Assembly (NCBI GenBank): GCA_000320545.1
Contig: ADNK01001014.1
Span: 66,981-130,980, forward strand
Reading direction: 5' to 3'
DNA from: Bigelowiella natans CCMP2755
Lineage: Eukaryota; Protista; Cercozoa
Length of the DNA: 64,000 nucleotides
The position numbers and the translations under genes were made by a program. This document shows, in pieces, positions 25,532 through 39,274 of this stretch (the first letter of the stretch is position 1; every line of letters starts with the position of its first letter). The notes under the pieces were generated by a model. That model saw nothing but the letters and a program-made list of their open reading frames with translations, was not told the origin of the DNA and did not search any database.

Positions 25532-27500
25532 ATGAAGTTTATCCAGGTTGTGCCCCAAATCAATTGGCGGTGACCAATGAGAAACTAACAAGGGTTTGAA
25601 TGCATAAATTTAGGTCGATAATACTAAGCCTGCGCTTCTCCGGCGGTTCTTTGATCTGCTCTCAAAGACTTTCGACGAGTCAGGTTACTGCCACACCAAC
25701 CAGCGATGAAGGAGCCCCGTATTTCACGGACAAAAATGAAATTATTTTATTCTTGCAGAGATGGATAGTTGGGAAAGCTGGGAGAAGGAAGCAGACTGGT
25801 CAAAGGTGGTGAATAGGCAGGAGGAGGAGGAGGAGGAGGAGGAGGTGGAGACAAGTTGCGGGATAATAACGTGACAACCTTTCTGAATTCCTAGGCAAAA
25901 TGGGACTCGTCAAGGGCGAAAAAGCTCATTGTAGTCGCAATCAACAACAAATCTGAGGTAGTGATGGATCGTCCCACCATTGTATTTTGTGTGATCATGA
26001 TCAGTTATCATTGTTAACGTCGTCGTCTGATGATCATGTATCTGTTCACCTGCTGCTCACCCTTTAGATACTTGGCGGCTCTATCTGGGAGTACTTTAGA
26101 GCTTCGCAGCACTATCTATTCACGTATCTTTTTGTCGCGGAGCAGGGAAGGGGGAGAGGTGCGTTTGTAGAGCTCATCATCATCATCATCATCTTCTTCT
26201 TCTTCTTCTTCTTCCAAAAAAATCAATCCAACGAACCTATACATGGTGGTATGTTGATGTCGCTGGATCCCTCCCCCCCCTCTCCCCCTTGTTGATGTTG
26301 TTGTTGCTGCTGCTGCTGTAAGGTCTGGCTTTCCAGTGTTCCGTGAAAACATGGCAAGCAGCCTGTCGGTTAGAACAGGAGAGGGGCTGCAGCTTCACAC
26401 ATATATTCTGCGAAATGCATGATCCAAGGTATAGGTAGCAATGATTGCCAGTGCTGGTTGTTCTGTACTTCTCCACCATTATTTCTTCTCCTTTACCAAG
26501 AATCACCTCGGCGGAAAATGACGTTATCGATCCTTACGAGAGACTGCGCATGTTCCAGCATTTGGGCGTCAGGGGTGTCAGGGTTAGATTAACCAACAAA
26601 CACAGAGGAGGGCTGAGGGTGGGGGAAAAGACAGTAGGTGGAAATGAAAGCTCAATTCAGCTTATAGTTACTTTGCGAGGACTTAAATAAAATTATTCAT
26701 TACTACCCTTATAATGCAGATTATATGTGATTATTGGATATGACAATTCTCTGAATTTTTACTGGCCGCTATGCTCTCGTCTTGTCCTAGCTTCGCTCTC
26801 GACTATCCCCCTCCTCACCGCCCCCCTGCCATCATCCATCAAATAGGGCCTTGAGTTCTTTCAGCCCCCTCTCCACGAAGGTGACAAGCCGCAGCCGTTT
26901 CTACTTGGCGTCGTCATCACTCCGAAAGTTAGCATCGAAGAGAAGACAGGCACTCCTCAAATTGAGCGAGAAGCACTCGGTCAGAGTAGAGTGAGGGGGG
27001 GGGGGGGGTATGAGACGGAGAAAAGAGGAAACAAGGGTAGGGGATAGAGATTGTCAGATCGAAAAGTTGAAGCTGAAGATAGTGAGGATTCTTCCTCGCT
27101 TTTTTGCTGATGAGTGGCAGCGATGGTGCTAATGATGGCGACGGTTTTATTTTAGTGGCGTTCATCTGCGACTACTACCATGACCTCATCGGGCCTGATT
27201 ACGCTACAAACCCCTACTTCAAACGAATCATGGCCTCGGTGCCGCAGCCGGCTATTCTGCCACTCCACCAGTTTGAAATAGAGCTCCAGCAAGAGAAGAA
27301 CACGAAGAAGAAGAAGGCTCGCAATCATAAACACAGGCAACACAAACACGCACAGCAGCAACGAAGGAGGCGGAAGCAGCGACATGCGGTGAGTTTTGAT
27401 GACACCCAAATGCACAAATGCCGATGATGATACAGCAGACCGACTGCCGAAGCTTACACGTGTATACAATAGATATTGCCGCAAGTGCGTATTTTTATAT

Positions 27501-27536
<36 letters not shown>

Positions 27537-27688
27537 CATATACATATCTACACGAAAGGGTGGCGAAGAGGAGAAAAGGAAGAGAGTGATCATCGTCGGC
27601 GCGGGAATTTCGGGGCTGGCCTGTGCACAGAAACTCGTGGAACACGGCGGATTTGATGTCCGTTAGCTCTACTGATGATAAAAGAACA

Positions 27689-27720
<32 letters not shown>

Positions 27721-28062
27721 AATGACGAGGTTAATTATGATAAGTAACAATAATAGTAATGATTACAGTGGCAACAACAGACGCTTTGGCGTTTTCTCAG
27801 AGCTCTAATGTGCACAATAAAAGATGATTATTATTCTCCCTCTCTTCCTACTATTGCTCCCGCTACTTCTACTTTTGCTATCACTCCTCCTCCTCCTCCT
27901 CCTCATACTACTACTACTACTACTACTACTACTGCTGCTGCTGCCATTGATACAACTACCACAAAGGTAACTGTTCTTGAGGCGCGAAACCGAATCGGAG
28001 GCCGCATATGGTCAACACGGTTGTTTGATGAAGTATTGGTCCGTGATCACTATCATCACATT

Positions 28063-28094
<32 letters not shown>

Positions 28095-28550
28095 TGTCGT
28101 CGTCACTGCTATCATTATCATCCTGATTTGAGGGATATATATGTGAATATTTTCTTCTCCTTCTTCTCCTTCTCCTTCTTCCTCCTCTTCTGTTTTTCCT
28201 TCAACAACAGGTGGAAGCAGGGGCTGCATGGTTCCACGGCACAGAAGGCAATGAGTTCTTTGAGAAGGCGAAGGCCATAATGCCGGAGCTCAAACTCCAT
28301 CCGATGCCAATCACTTCCATTCATACTGCGTTAAGACCTCATGGTATTACAATCTCACTACACAGCAATGCGTCTCTCTTAAGAGCAGCATTGAAGTAAC
28401 ATAAGACAGATATTCGCAACAACAACAACCATCATCATCGTCGTCGTCATTGTTGTCGTCGTCGCCGCCATCATCAATCAATTGTTATCATCGTTATCAT
28501 GACCATAAATGTTCAATGAGGAGCTTGTTATTGAGTATTAAGATTTCACG

Positions 28551-28583
<33 letters not shown>

Positions 28584-31012
28584 GGCTCGGAGAGCATTGC
28601 GCCTGATGTAATGCTAGAGGCGCTGATGAATTTCGAGGCAATGGTAGAGCAGCTCAAAGAGGAGAAAAAATCCCTTGGAATCTCCGAGAGTACCGGGTTG
28701 AAAACTGCCCTTGAGTTGCTTGTTAGGCGTCATCCAGACCTCACGCGGTGCGTTCCAAGCGAAATATTGTATTTTAAGAACTGCCATATTTATCGTCATC
28801 ACCACCATTATCGTCGTCGTCGTCGTCATCATCAGGGAATGGAGACATGAGATGTCAGAAGCTTTCCGATATATCCTCTCGAAGGTAACGGCTTTACTGT
28901 TGGATTATAAATATGCATTGAGCGTCATACAGAAGCTATGGCGTGTCTGTCTGTGAGTGTATGTGTGTGTGGGTGTGTGGGTGGGTGAGTGTTGCATGTG
29001 TTGTGTGTGCTGTTGGAGGAAATTAAAGGATACTACCCACATTTAATTCCAAAGATCGAATCCGAAGAAAACACGCACATGGATTCTCTCTCGGCGCTAC
29101 ACTTTGACTCAGGCGATTATTACGAGGTATTAGTCAATAGCATGACTATCAGCATTGTCAAGGTCATACTTATCGTCCCTGCCATCTCTCAGGGGGGGGA
29201 TCAGTACATCGTGGGAGGCATCAAGCAGATTCTCACTACGATGAGCGCTGAAATTGACATTCGATTCAAGACCATAGTGACAGAGATCGAGGTCTGTTTG
29301 AGTTGATGATTTGAGAATGGCGCTAACATGATGATAAATACGCTGCTGGCGACGACTGCTTCGATTCTTGCGGTATGACGACCATTGTTTCAGTTCTACC
29401 ATCACCTTTTGGACTTTTTAGGAAAACAAAGAAAAAGGCAAAGTCGTTGTATCAACGGACGATGGAGCTGTGGAAATGGCGGACGCCGCCGTCCTCACTG
29501 TGCCTCTTGGGGTAGGGTTTGAGGATAATAATAATAGTAATAATAATGATAATTGTATGAACAACAACAATAATAGTAATAATAATAATAATAGCTCTAA
29601 AGCGGTGATGATGAGCATGGTGGATAGGACGATTGAAGCGGCAAAAAACCACCTGCAACATCACCACTACAACCGCAATAATATTTACCAAAGGTGCTTA
29701 AAAGGGGACGAATATCAATCCTTCCAAGATTGCCAGTAGAGAAGCAAGATGCGATTTCTCGGTTGGGTTTTGGCCAAATGGACAAGGTCATCGTAGCAGC
29801 AGCAGTTGTAGGAGTAGTAGTAATGTGTGCGTGTGCGTGTGCATGTGTGTAAACTGCCCAAGATATATCATAAGTGTGCGAATGATTCCTACTCTTCGTA
29901 TCTTGGTCTTCTTTTTGGATCTCCCACCTCTCTCTTCTCTCCATAGGTACTGCTGCAGTACAAGGAGTGCTTTTGGCCAAGTGGCACGTACGTCTTCGGT
30001 TATAACTTTCCCAGCGAGACAAAATCTACCGCTCCAGGACTCTCATCGTCGATAATATCACAACGCCCTCGGCACAATCTGTTTATCTTCAACCTCGTTC
30101 CGGGTGCATGCAAAGCGTGTGTTAGTTTGCATGAATTAGTGCCTCCTTCGCCCATCATGATTGTTACCCCGACCAAAATCTTTGATTTTATGGTGATGAT
30201 TCCGCTCATTTTGTGGCCCTTTCAGTTACGGGGAAAGCCGTTCTGGTCGCCCTGATCACGGGAGATTTACAGCAGATTTTGGCCGAGAAGCGGCGAAATA
30301 ACACGTCTTTCCCCGAGATTTCCACCGTAAGGCAAGCGCTAGAGAAAATGTTTGGGCGAAACCCTACTCCTGATAAAGCTCGAGTCGTACGATGGGGCGA
30401 TGATAACTTCACACACGGGTAGTTATTAGTGAGTGGCCACCACACAGTGCTTGATACATGCGGTTCTACTGGCTGTGATCTGGTGCCTTCGGCTCTGCAG
30501 CAAGCAAACAAACAATCAATCATCAGCGGTGTGGATGGTGGTACACTGTATTTTCAGAGCGTATACTTTCATGGCTAAGGGAGCGGAGCCGAAGGATATT
30601 GAAACTCTTGCCGCCCCCCTTTACTCTGGCAAGCTAGGTTGGCAATGCGATATACATACATAGTACACAGAGTAGGGCGGACGGCGTGTGACAAATAAAG
30701 TAATCGTGGCCATTGTAGAATGCCAAAAAATCGGGATTCTTATTCATAAATCCGAACACACCAGGTAGTTTTTAAGCAGCCATGTGTTTCCTTACGATTG
30801 TTTATGCAGGATTTGCCGGAGAGCACACATCGCGTAACCGATACGGATATATGGACGGAGCGTATTGCAGTGGAATTCGAGAAGGAAATCGACTCATCAA
30901 ACTGTTGGACTTGTCGCAGGGTCACGAGAATAGTAGAGACGAAGACACAATACGTAGCGATAGCGTCCTTGCTAGAGAACGAAGTAATAATGTACAGCGG
31001 AGCAAACTTTAG
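25532..31012 (+). CDS. GNAT N-acetyltransferase domain fused to a flavin-containing amine oxidase (polyamine-oxidase-like)
   Basis: N-half: GGSIWEYF...FTYLFVAEQGRGRGLA (acetyl-CoA motif A), FCEMHDP, DPYERLRMFQHLG, FFQPPL. C-half: VIIVGAGISGL, LEARNRIGGR, EAGAAWFHG, TVPLGVLK, GQMDKV, WGDDNFTHGAY, FAGEHT...GYMDGAYCSGIREG. The halves join in phase 0 (GCG|GTGAGT...GAAAG|GGT). Confidence 0.82.
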
Positions 31013-31498
31013 AAGCGTAAGTGCTACTCCGTATATTACGACATTCGATCACGACGTACTAGCATCATTTGCTGTTCAATTTAAACTACATCTAGACATG
31101 CATGCCAGCAGGCTCGCGGAGCCTGCATCGATCACAGCTGGTATGAATAACTCGTAATGTGTGCATTACGCGTCAATGCTATCTAGCTAACTAGCTAAGT
31201 CGAACAATGCAGCACTACATATAGCTAGCTAGAGCACATAATTAAAACGACAACGCATTTTGTTGCGAACGCATAGAGTTATAGAGTCGCGCACACGTGT
31301 GTATACATGTGTGTACACATGCATATAGCTAGCTATTTGCTACATGCTCATCCCAGCGAAGGCAGCCCAATGAGCGCACGAACGTACACTGCTAGCTAGC
31401 TAGACTGGTATAGAAGCGCAGTGTGCTTCGCGTCACGCTACATTTATTTCATGCAATGGGGTATTGATCAATGGGGTAGTATTGATGCACATGCATGC

Positions 31499-31538
<40 letters not shown>

Positions 31539-31936
31539 ACCCGCTGCTATGCTACTAATCACTATTATTAGTTAAAAAGTTGTTCGGTGTCTTGACTAGC
31601 GAATGCGGGTATCGCACCTCGTCACACATCTAGACAATGCACCTTATAAGTACTATCTAAATCGTGCATACTTAGCGTCCATACACCGCAAACACTTGCC
31701 AACTCCACACAGACTCAATTGATGATTCTGTCATGCACATTTTGTGTACAGGCTGCATTCATTCGATTTAATCGAGGTTAAGAGGGGTTTTCCTAGTTTG
31801 AACGTGAGGGTGATGAATCATTCGATGCGATATGTGGAATAAGGAAGCGACTATGAGTAGGATGTATGGCCAATCACGGTTTTCTCCCCGTATCAAAATT
31901 ACACGAGGGAGCATCCCGTGATCGTCGCATATCAAT

Positions 31937-32707
31937 CTAATCGCGCTTTCCCTCGTCTTTCGGCATGATGATGTCGGAATCACCTGGAGTAAAATGATGA
32001 TATCAGCGAGTGGGGAAACGATGAAACGATAGTAGAAACAAGTCTAACGATGATTGGTATTGCTGATGTGTCTACATCCCCATTCGTCAACTCTACTTTC
32101 GTTGTTTCACCCTAGCTATTGTTATTATTACCAGGGTCCGTAATGCTCAAGCAGCTAACGCGGTAGAATTTACCGCATGCAGTTCCCAGTTCAATGTTGT
32201 CTGTGATAAAATTGGGTGTTAGATGGAAGAGCATGGAGCTGGAACACGTCAACTGTGGAGTTTCATTGGACTCTTCTCTCCAACATGTTCACATTAAATC
32301 TTACTTCCAGTGTAATGGTGGACTCCGGTTTGTGCAAGCATGGCGTAGTATTCAATTTCCGAGCGCTTGAGAGGAGGGCAGTTTTTGGCGATAATGATAA
32401 GCCAAGCTATAATTTCCACCATCATACATAACATTGAAGTTAGAATATATAATGTTGGCTGATGGATTATAGTCGAAATACCTTTGCCGGCTCTCAATGT
32501 CTTAAGGGTTTGCTTGTATCCAAGCACGTACTTACCGCTCTTCATAACGAGCGCAAGACGGCTGTTGATGGATTCCTAGAGTAGCATGGCGAATAATCCC
32601 TCAGCTCGATGCCACAAATTCATGCACACAAACACCCACGCTACTATCTATCCTCTGATCACAGATTAAAGGCTTACCATAGTCTTCTTTCCCTTTTTCG
32701 CCGACAT
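31937..32707 (-). CDS. RPL30: 60S ribosomal protein L30 (eL30), 5 coding exons
   Basis: [10 protein letters not shown]|[31 protein letters not shown]|[34 protein letters not shown]|[23 protein letters not shown]|GDSDII... Confidence 0.97.
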
Positions 32708-32805
32708 GATTGCTGTGTTCTAAACTGAGAAACAATGGAAGAAGAAAACGACAGGTCAATTTTCCCGTTCCGAATACTCAAGCAGGTTAGCCAAGGTTGG
32801 GGGAC

Positions 32806-32851
32806 GGGGGTGCGCCACACCTCAAATCGGAGTTTAGATGCAATTCGCCGA
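32806..32851 (-). promoter_or_regulatory. Ribosomal-protein-gene 5' motif upstream of RPL30 (TCGGCGAATT-N7-AACTCCGA, then 5'UTR intron donor)
   Basis: Matches the element upstream of RPL21 (7785-7845). Confidence 0.65.
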
Positions 32852-33469
32852 CGCCTGCCGACAAATTGTTCAGAAATCCTTCTCGGCTTCTCAAATAAGG
32901 GAATCCCGGCGGGATTCTACGAAGATTCCCGGAGGAGCGGAAACTTCTTTCCAATTCGGAGGATAACGTAGACTTCAGGCAGAGACAGATTCTTTGTCTT
33001 GTCGTAATTAAGGAATATAGTCCGCATCATCTATGCTTCCGAATTTTGCGATACTGTCTTCTTCCCATATAAATTGTTGTCTCGCAGGAGAAATTAGATG
33101 TCATTCGGATTTTTGTTGAGAGTAGTCGTCAATTGTTTGAATCGACATGTGATTTTGCTTGTCGTTACATGAAAAGGGATGCGACAAACTGGAGCACCTT
33201 CGTGCTGGACACGACACCTCTCTCCCAGAGAGCACTTTCCAAGACACTTCGCCACTGCACAGCAGGTTGGTTCCCCGGCCAACATCCTAAGGACATGGCT
33301 CATTAGTTTTTTAGATTTAAACTCCTTTGATTTATTCTATTTGTCTAAGATGAGATGGACACTTTACATCCGATTCTGGCTGCTTATTATGTAGGCGGTA
33401 ATCTCAAGCCGTGTGGTGGTGGTGGGAGAAGAAGCTAGAGCAAATAAGCTAGAAATAAAAACAAAGAAG

Positions 33470-36400
33470 ATGGACGATGGACCTTCACCAAGACCTCTCC
33501 CTCGTGGCCGTGGCAGGGTATGTTTATCGTTAAATGCGCCGTTCTCTAATGCGTGCCTAACGCCTGATAACCACCCCCCATTTCTCTCTTCTTTAAGGGT
33601 CGCGGATTTCGAGGCCGACATCGAAGAAGGGGCAGGGGCAACAGCAGCAATAGCAACGATAATCAAAATTACGAACGATATCCTAGCAAAAGCCCTGAAA
33701 ATACCGGGGACGAAAGCGAACGAGCGCCAAGCAGCGGTGCTGGCAGAAGGGTAGCTCGGAGTTTCAGAGGACGTCAATTCCGGGGTGGCCGCGGTCGTGG
33801 GGCTATGCAGGGGAGGTTTAGTGAGGAAGATAGTGGTAGAAAATTTGTAGCAGGGATGCCTCAGAGCGGCAGCGAAAGCGAGTCGAGTGGGTTTAAACTT
33901 GTTCCTGCTGCTCCATCATCCATCGCACCAGCAGATTTGGTCGCAGCTCCAGATGCCCCAAACTGTAGCCTGTGTAATTTCCCGATCGTGCACTACGCCA
34001 TTTTATCTTGTGGTGAATCTGGGAGCATGTGCGCGCGCTGTGTGGTCAAGTTAGCGAAGTTCCAACCGAAGGAAGAGAAAGGAAAGCCGCTCAAGTGTCC
34101 GTATTGCCAATCTTACTGGAAGGAGGGCATCATTTTTTCCAACGAGAACAAGTCATTCTCGGAATGTCTGCCACTCAAAAAGTCTTTATACAACACCCAG
34201 CTTAGAATATATTCGGACTCCATCGACGTTCATCAGAGGTACGGTATCTTCAATCGGTATTGTCTCCCATACATTTGTACACATGTTTTTTTCAATAGCA
34301 TGACACTTGCTTGACTGTAAATTGCTGCTTGATTATCATCTCGTTCATCATCAAAATGAAGGTTTCTTCGTGCGACTGCGATATTCTGCAAGCCGTGCGA
34401 GAAAATCGGCAAGCAGACACGTTTCAAGTCTCTGAGGCAGTTATCACAGCACCTTGAGAAAAAGCACAAACTGTTCCATTGTATGGCCTGCATGACTGCG
34501 CGCAAACAATCAGTCGAGGATGCCCAGCTATATACCAAAACTGCGCTTCTCAAGGTAGTTGTGTGTTTAGGTGTCTTCCATCATCAATAAAACATCAGTG
34601 TAGTAGTCGTCTCCCATCACTCTGTAGTTTTGCATTGAGTTTTTTTTAGTACATGTTCCCTTTGAAAATGATTGGTGCTGCTACTTACTAGCACTTCAAG
34701 CACGGTTCTCCAGCAATGGGCAACGACCCCCCGGTTGCTCCACACCCATTTTGCCAATTCTGTCGGGATCCGTACTTCTCCAAAGATGAGCTTTTCGCTC
34801 ACATGGAGTCTAACCATCTTACGTGCGCCATCTGCAACCGTCGTAGTGAGGATGAAAGGGTACTACTTTTTTGCCAGATATATTTATTCCTACGAGCTAT
34901 GTAGTTTGGCCATGTTACTCTTTTTTATACTACCATCTTGATCATCATCATCATTATCATCATTACCATCGCCATGATGGACATCGTCGTTACATCGTGC
35001 TGATATAAAATATGCTTATAGGTCTACTTCCGGCATCATAAGGCCCTACGGCAGCACTACGACGAGGCGGAGCGCCACTTCGTCTGCAAAGAGCCGTCGT
35101 GCATGCAGCTGAACCATGATGTCGTGTTTGACAACGAGATTGACTTCAAGCAGCACAACCTCGCCTACCATATTGACACCACCAAGATGTCCCGAGCTGA
35201 GCGAAAGCGCGCGACTAGACTCAACTTTGGCGTATTTGCCGGCTCTTCCACCGCAGGAAGGGGTACTAAGCATGATGCTGCACCGCTACTTCCTTTTATC
35301 ACAGGCAATGAAGAAAAGTTGTAAAATTGGCCAAAGAACTGAAATATCTGTCGTCGAATTGGTTATTGTCGTTGTTCAGGAGGCGGAAGGGGAGGACGTA
35401 CATCATCATTTCGACGACAAGGGACACGATTCTCCCGTGATATCGCCTACCTCTCCCTCGCAGATGATGATGATCACAACGAAGAAAAGAACCCAAATAA
35501 CACCGAGGAAGTTGCAAGAGCAAGAGAGGCAATGCGTGCCGAACTCGAGGTGTAGATAATCCTAATATCACTGTTATTGTGAATCAATATCATGCACATC
35601 TTCAATCCCTAATTTTCGCAAACGTGTCGTTCTTAGAAAAGGTACAAGGTAGCAACGGCCAAACTACGTGCCGCAACACCCCCGTCCCAGAACAGGAGGA
35701 ACTACGATAAAGACGGTGACAAAACCAAAGGATCATCATCATCATCATCATCGTTGGCTGGTGAAGGCGGTATTGGAAGGTCTCATAGCATTCCAACGCG
35801 CCTGAGTGCTGCCGCAGTTGTAGGAGGGAGAGGAGGAGGAAATAGTCGAGGCGCTCTATCGGAATTTCCTACTCTTGGCGGTGGAGCGGGAGGGCAGCAA
35901 CGACCACAGAATAAGGTGGTTGTCGCAATCGTTTGGCTATCAGTTGTTCAGTCATTCAAGCACTCCGTCGATCATTGTATCATAGTAGCAATTGTCACAT
36001 CACGCGAATACTCACAGCTCCTGCAAAAATATACGCGTAGGTTTATCCTGGTGCTCCTCCGGAGGCTAGCGTGGAGAACTTCCCTGCATTTCCCTCGTCA
36101 CAGCAGCAGCAGGCACAATCAAAGCAGAGGCGAGCAAACAACCGCTCCAACAGAAACGAGCGGCGTGCGCGTAAGCGACAGGATTCTTCCAATCACTCAT
36201 CATCATCCAGCAGTGGTAGTGTGTCAGTAGGCGACGGCAAGATCGAGCCATGCCCTCCGGAGCTTAAGAAGCAGCGCCACCAGTATGTTCTTCCTTCCCC
36301 CACCATCGACGATGATATATCGATGATATGCACGCACATGTACACTTCCCTCACACATTCTCAGAAGAATGATCATCGTTGTCACGGTCGCCATGACCAC

Positions 36401-37321
36401 AGAATACCACCATATTTGATTGATTCTCTGGGCGGCTCATCAACATCATCATCATCATCGTAGGTACTTCAAAGAACGACTGCTTCGATCTCTCGGAGGT
36501 GATAAGGCTGCGATGACACAAATTAGACGAGCGTTGAGCGACTTTGTAGGGAAGGGCCTCCTGTCAGCAAGAGCGTTTCTTGACCTCTACTTCGAGAGCT
36601 GTGATGATACAATTCCCCTCAAAGATATTATATCTCTAATTCTAGCGGAGAAGCCGGAGCGCGGGCGTGCCCTCCTCTCTACCTTTCGTGTTGTTATGAG
36701 CGAATGGGAGCGTGGAGGAGGGGGGGTTGCGACAACGACATCATCAATTCCGCCGGCAGCTGTAGCAGCAGAAGGCGGTGGCGTGTGGAGCGGCAAGCAC
36801 GACATAAATCCCTACCGAGTCGAAGTGCTCTACAACCCCATGAAGGAGAAAAAGAAGGATGATCAAAAGCATAAGAATAAAAACAAAAAGAAGAATACTG
36901 AGAACAGGAATGGAGGAGGAGGAGGAGGAGGAGGAGGAGGAGGAGGAGGAGGGGGGGGGTGGGGAGCAGGAGCCACCAACGCAATAGCATCATCATCACC
37001 ATCACCATCATTAGCATCATCATCATCATCATCATTACAGAGAAGCGCCACGCTAACATCGACAAATACAGCGAAGACAAAGGGCCGAAATAGAGGGAAA
37101 AGAGACTTTCCCACACTCGGGGGTGGTGGAGGTGGTAGTAGTAGTGGTGGTGGGGGTGGTAGTAGCGGCCTTGGAGAGGGTATCCCAAGGGATTCAAAGG
37201 CTGCTGACAGAGTAGCAGCGGAAGACGACAAATCGTGGCGTCGAGAGGGCATGGTGGACGCAGCGGTGCTTCGCAGCCAAATTTCGGATGTGTGTGCTAG
37301 CCCGGGTGATAAATAGTAGTC

Positions 37322-37353
<32 letters not shown>

Positions 37354-37572
37354 TTCGCATGCCAGTAGTTAGCAGTAGTTGTTAGTTGTTGTAGTAATAG
37401 GAGGAGGAGGAGGAGGAGGATGTGGTGGTGGTGGTAGCGGTGTCAAGATGCGGATGATGGGATCTGGAGCTTTTGCTCTTATTGTGCTTTGAGGCTGCTC
37501 GTGTTCTCCCTCAATCTTGTGTTGTCAATTTCCCGCCAAATGAGTTCATTGCCAATCATCATCGTCAGCTTC

Positions 37573-37603
<31 letters not shown>

Positions 37604-38681
37604 CCTTTCCAATAGCATCTCGCCTTCCGTCTGAAATCACCGGTTTAACATCCGATAATACCCTAACCCCTATCCAGATTGTGGCCTGCAGCTGATGATC
37701 CTTTGTACGATTCATGGATTATGTGAAGAGTTCATGATGTACAAAGGCGTAACCACATCATCGGTAATGATTTGGATGATGTCGACCAACAGTGATGAAA
37801 AGAAGCAGCGTAGCGTGATGCATTATGATGGTATTGGTAATGATAATGATGATGATAATGATGATGATGATGATGTGATCATGATCGAGGCAATTAAGAT
37901 TCGGAGGCTGCTAAGTGATTAGTCCATAGTTCATGGTCGTCGCCGTCCCGATTGTAGCTGACTACTATCACCACCATCAGGGTATAGCTCAACAAGTGCC
38001 ATCCGGTAAGCGCGACGGGCTCGCCGACCTTGCAAAACGACCTAATTTTAAGAAAAAGAACCCCAATGTAAGTGCCTTACTTTTGCGTGACGTTGTTTTC
38101 ATTGTCATCAATCAATGAAGCAGCATTATTTGTTAAACTGATTCCCGACGTCCTCTCTTGATTTGATACACCTAGCTAATATTGGCCATTGGGAATCTTC
38201 GTTCTCTTGGGTACGGCTACTGACCATGATCCTTTTTTTGTTTGTTTCCTATAATTAAACAACAACAACAACAACAACAACAACGCCATCGATATCATTG
38301 TTATCACAGCCATCTATGACACTATTTCTTAAGTTGATAATCGTTCATTCATGCAGGTTCAAAGAATCATCTCATCAGTACATATCTCAAGTATCTCGTA
38401 TGGCATCGGCCGAGGATGGGTGCGGCAGCCGTGTCGCGAATTGGGTGAGAACATCTCTTGGCTCCTTCTCCACCACCGACGTGGTCCTCCTGCACCAGTT
38501 CGTTCAAATGCTGCTGCTCAGGGCTTTCTTGGCCCGCGACAAGTTGGCCAACGTTGTCAATGAGCCCAAATCAGCTGGTACCTACACAGTCGGTACGAAT
38601 GCCGAGACGGATTCGACCTATGGCGGGGGCGGGAAAAAGAAAAAGAAGAAGAAGAAAAAAAAGAGAATTCTGCTCTTATGA
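33470..38681 (+). CDS. ZNF598: ZNF598/Hel2-like RING E3 ubiquitin ligase (ribosome quality control)
   Basis: RGG-rich N-terminus, RING-like CSLC...SCG...CARC...CPYC, C2H2 array incl. HPFCQFCRDPYFSKDELFAHMESNHLTCAIC and HFVCKEPSC...VVFDNEIDFKQHNLAYH, repeated (E/D)FPTL motifs, C-terminal poly-Lys + ILLL. Confidence 0.88.
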
Positions 38682-39274
38682 TGATGTTGCGCGTATACGA
38701 TGATCTAGTGATGCCAGAGATGCTAACGGTCGTCAGTACAACTAACGTATCTTAACAAGTAATGGCGATGTGATTCGATGCTGCGCTACAGGCATTATAT
38801 AGCAATGCTACCGTCACATCTAAGCCCTAATGCTTTGTGTCGCTCGTCGTAAGAATATGTGATGAATCGCTACGCTTGCACTGCATTTATTTGCCCTATC
38901 CTGTAACTTTAGAAGTCCTACTAGGCTAGCTGGAGGTGTATATACACCAGTCAGTCGAGCTAGAGACAACGCCATACATGTGTAAGTGTGGTGTGTCTTC
39001 GCACTAGCAATGTTTAGCCTACGCTAGCTAACATGTCGTCTGCTAGACGCGCCACGCCACGCTACGCCATAGCGAATATTGCTATGCTCGCAACATCTTG
39101 CGCGTGTGTGTGTGCTGCGATGTCATGACATGCAATGCACATCTAGCAATGCAGAATGGCATGTGCAACTCGATCATGACATTTAGATTCATCAACTCTG
39201 TCCAGAGCTACCTGTGGCTAGCTCTAGAGCTCTAGAGATCGAGCTAGCTGTGTCTATTATAGCCACAGGTAGCT

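Noticed and set aside
27559-31012. LSD1/KDM1 histone demethylase call
   Set aside because: No SWIRM domain or long Tower insertion is visible; kept as a generic PAO-like oxidase.
32003-32090. Stem in an RPL30 intron (possible snoRNA or autoregulatory K-turn)
   Set aside because: Only ~9-10 bp of pairing and no convincing C/D or H/ACA boxes on the sense strand.
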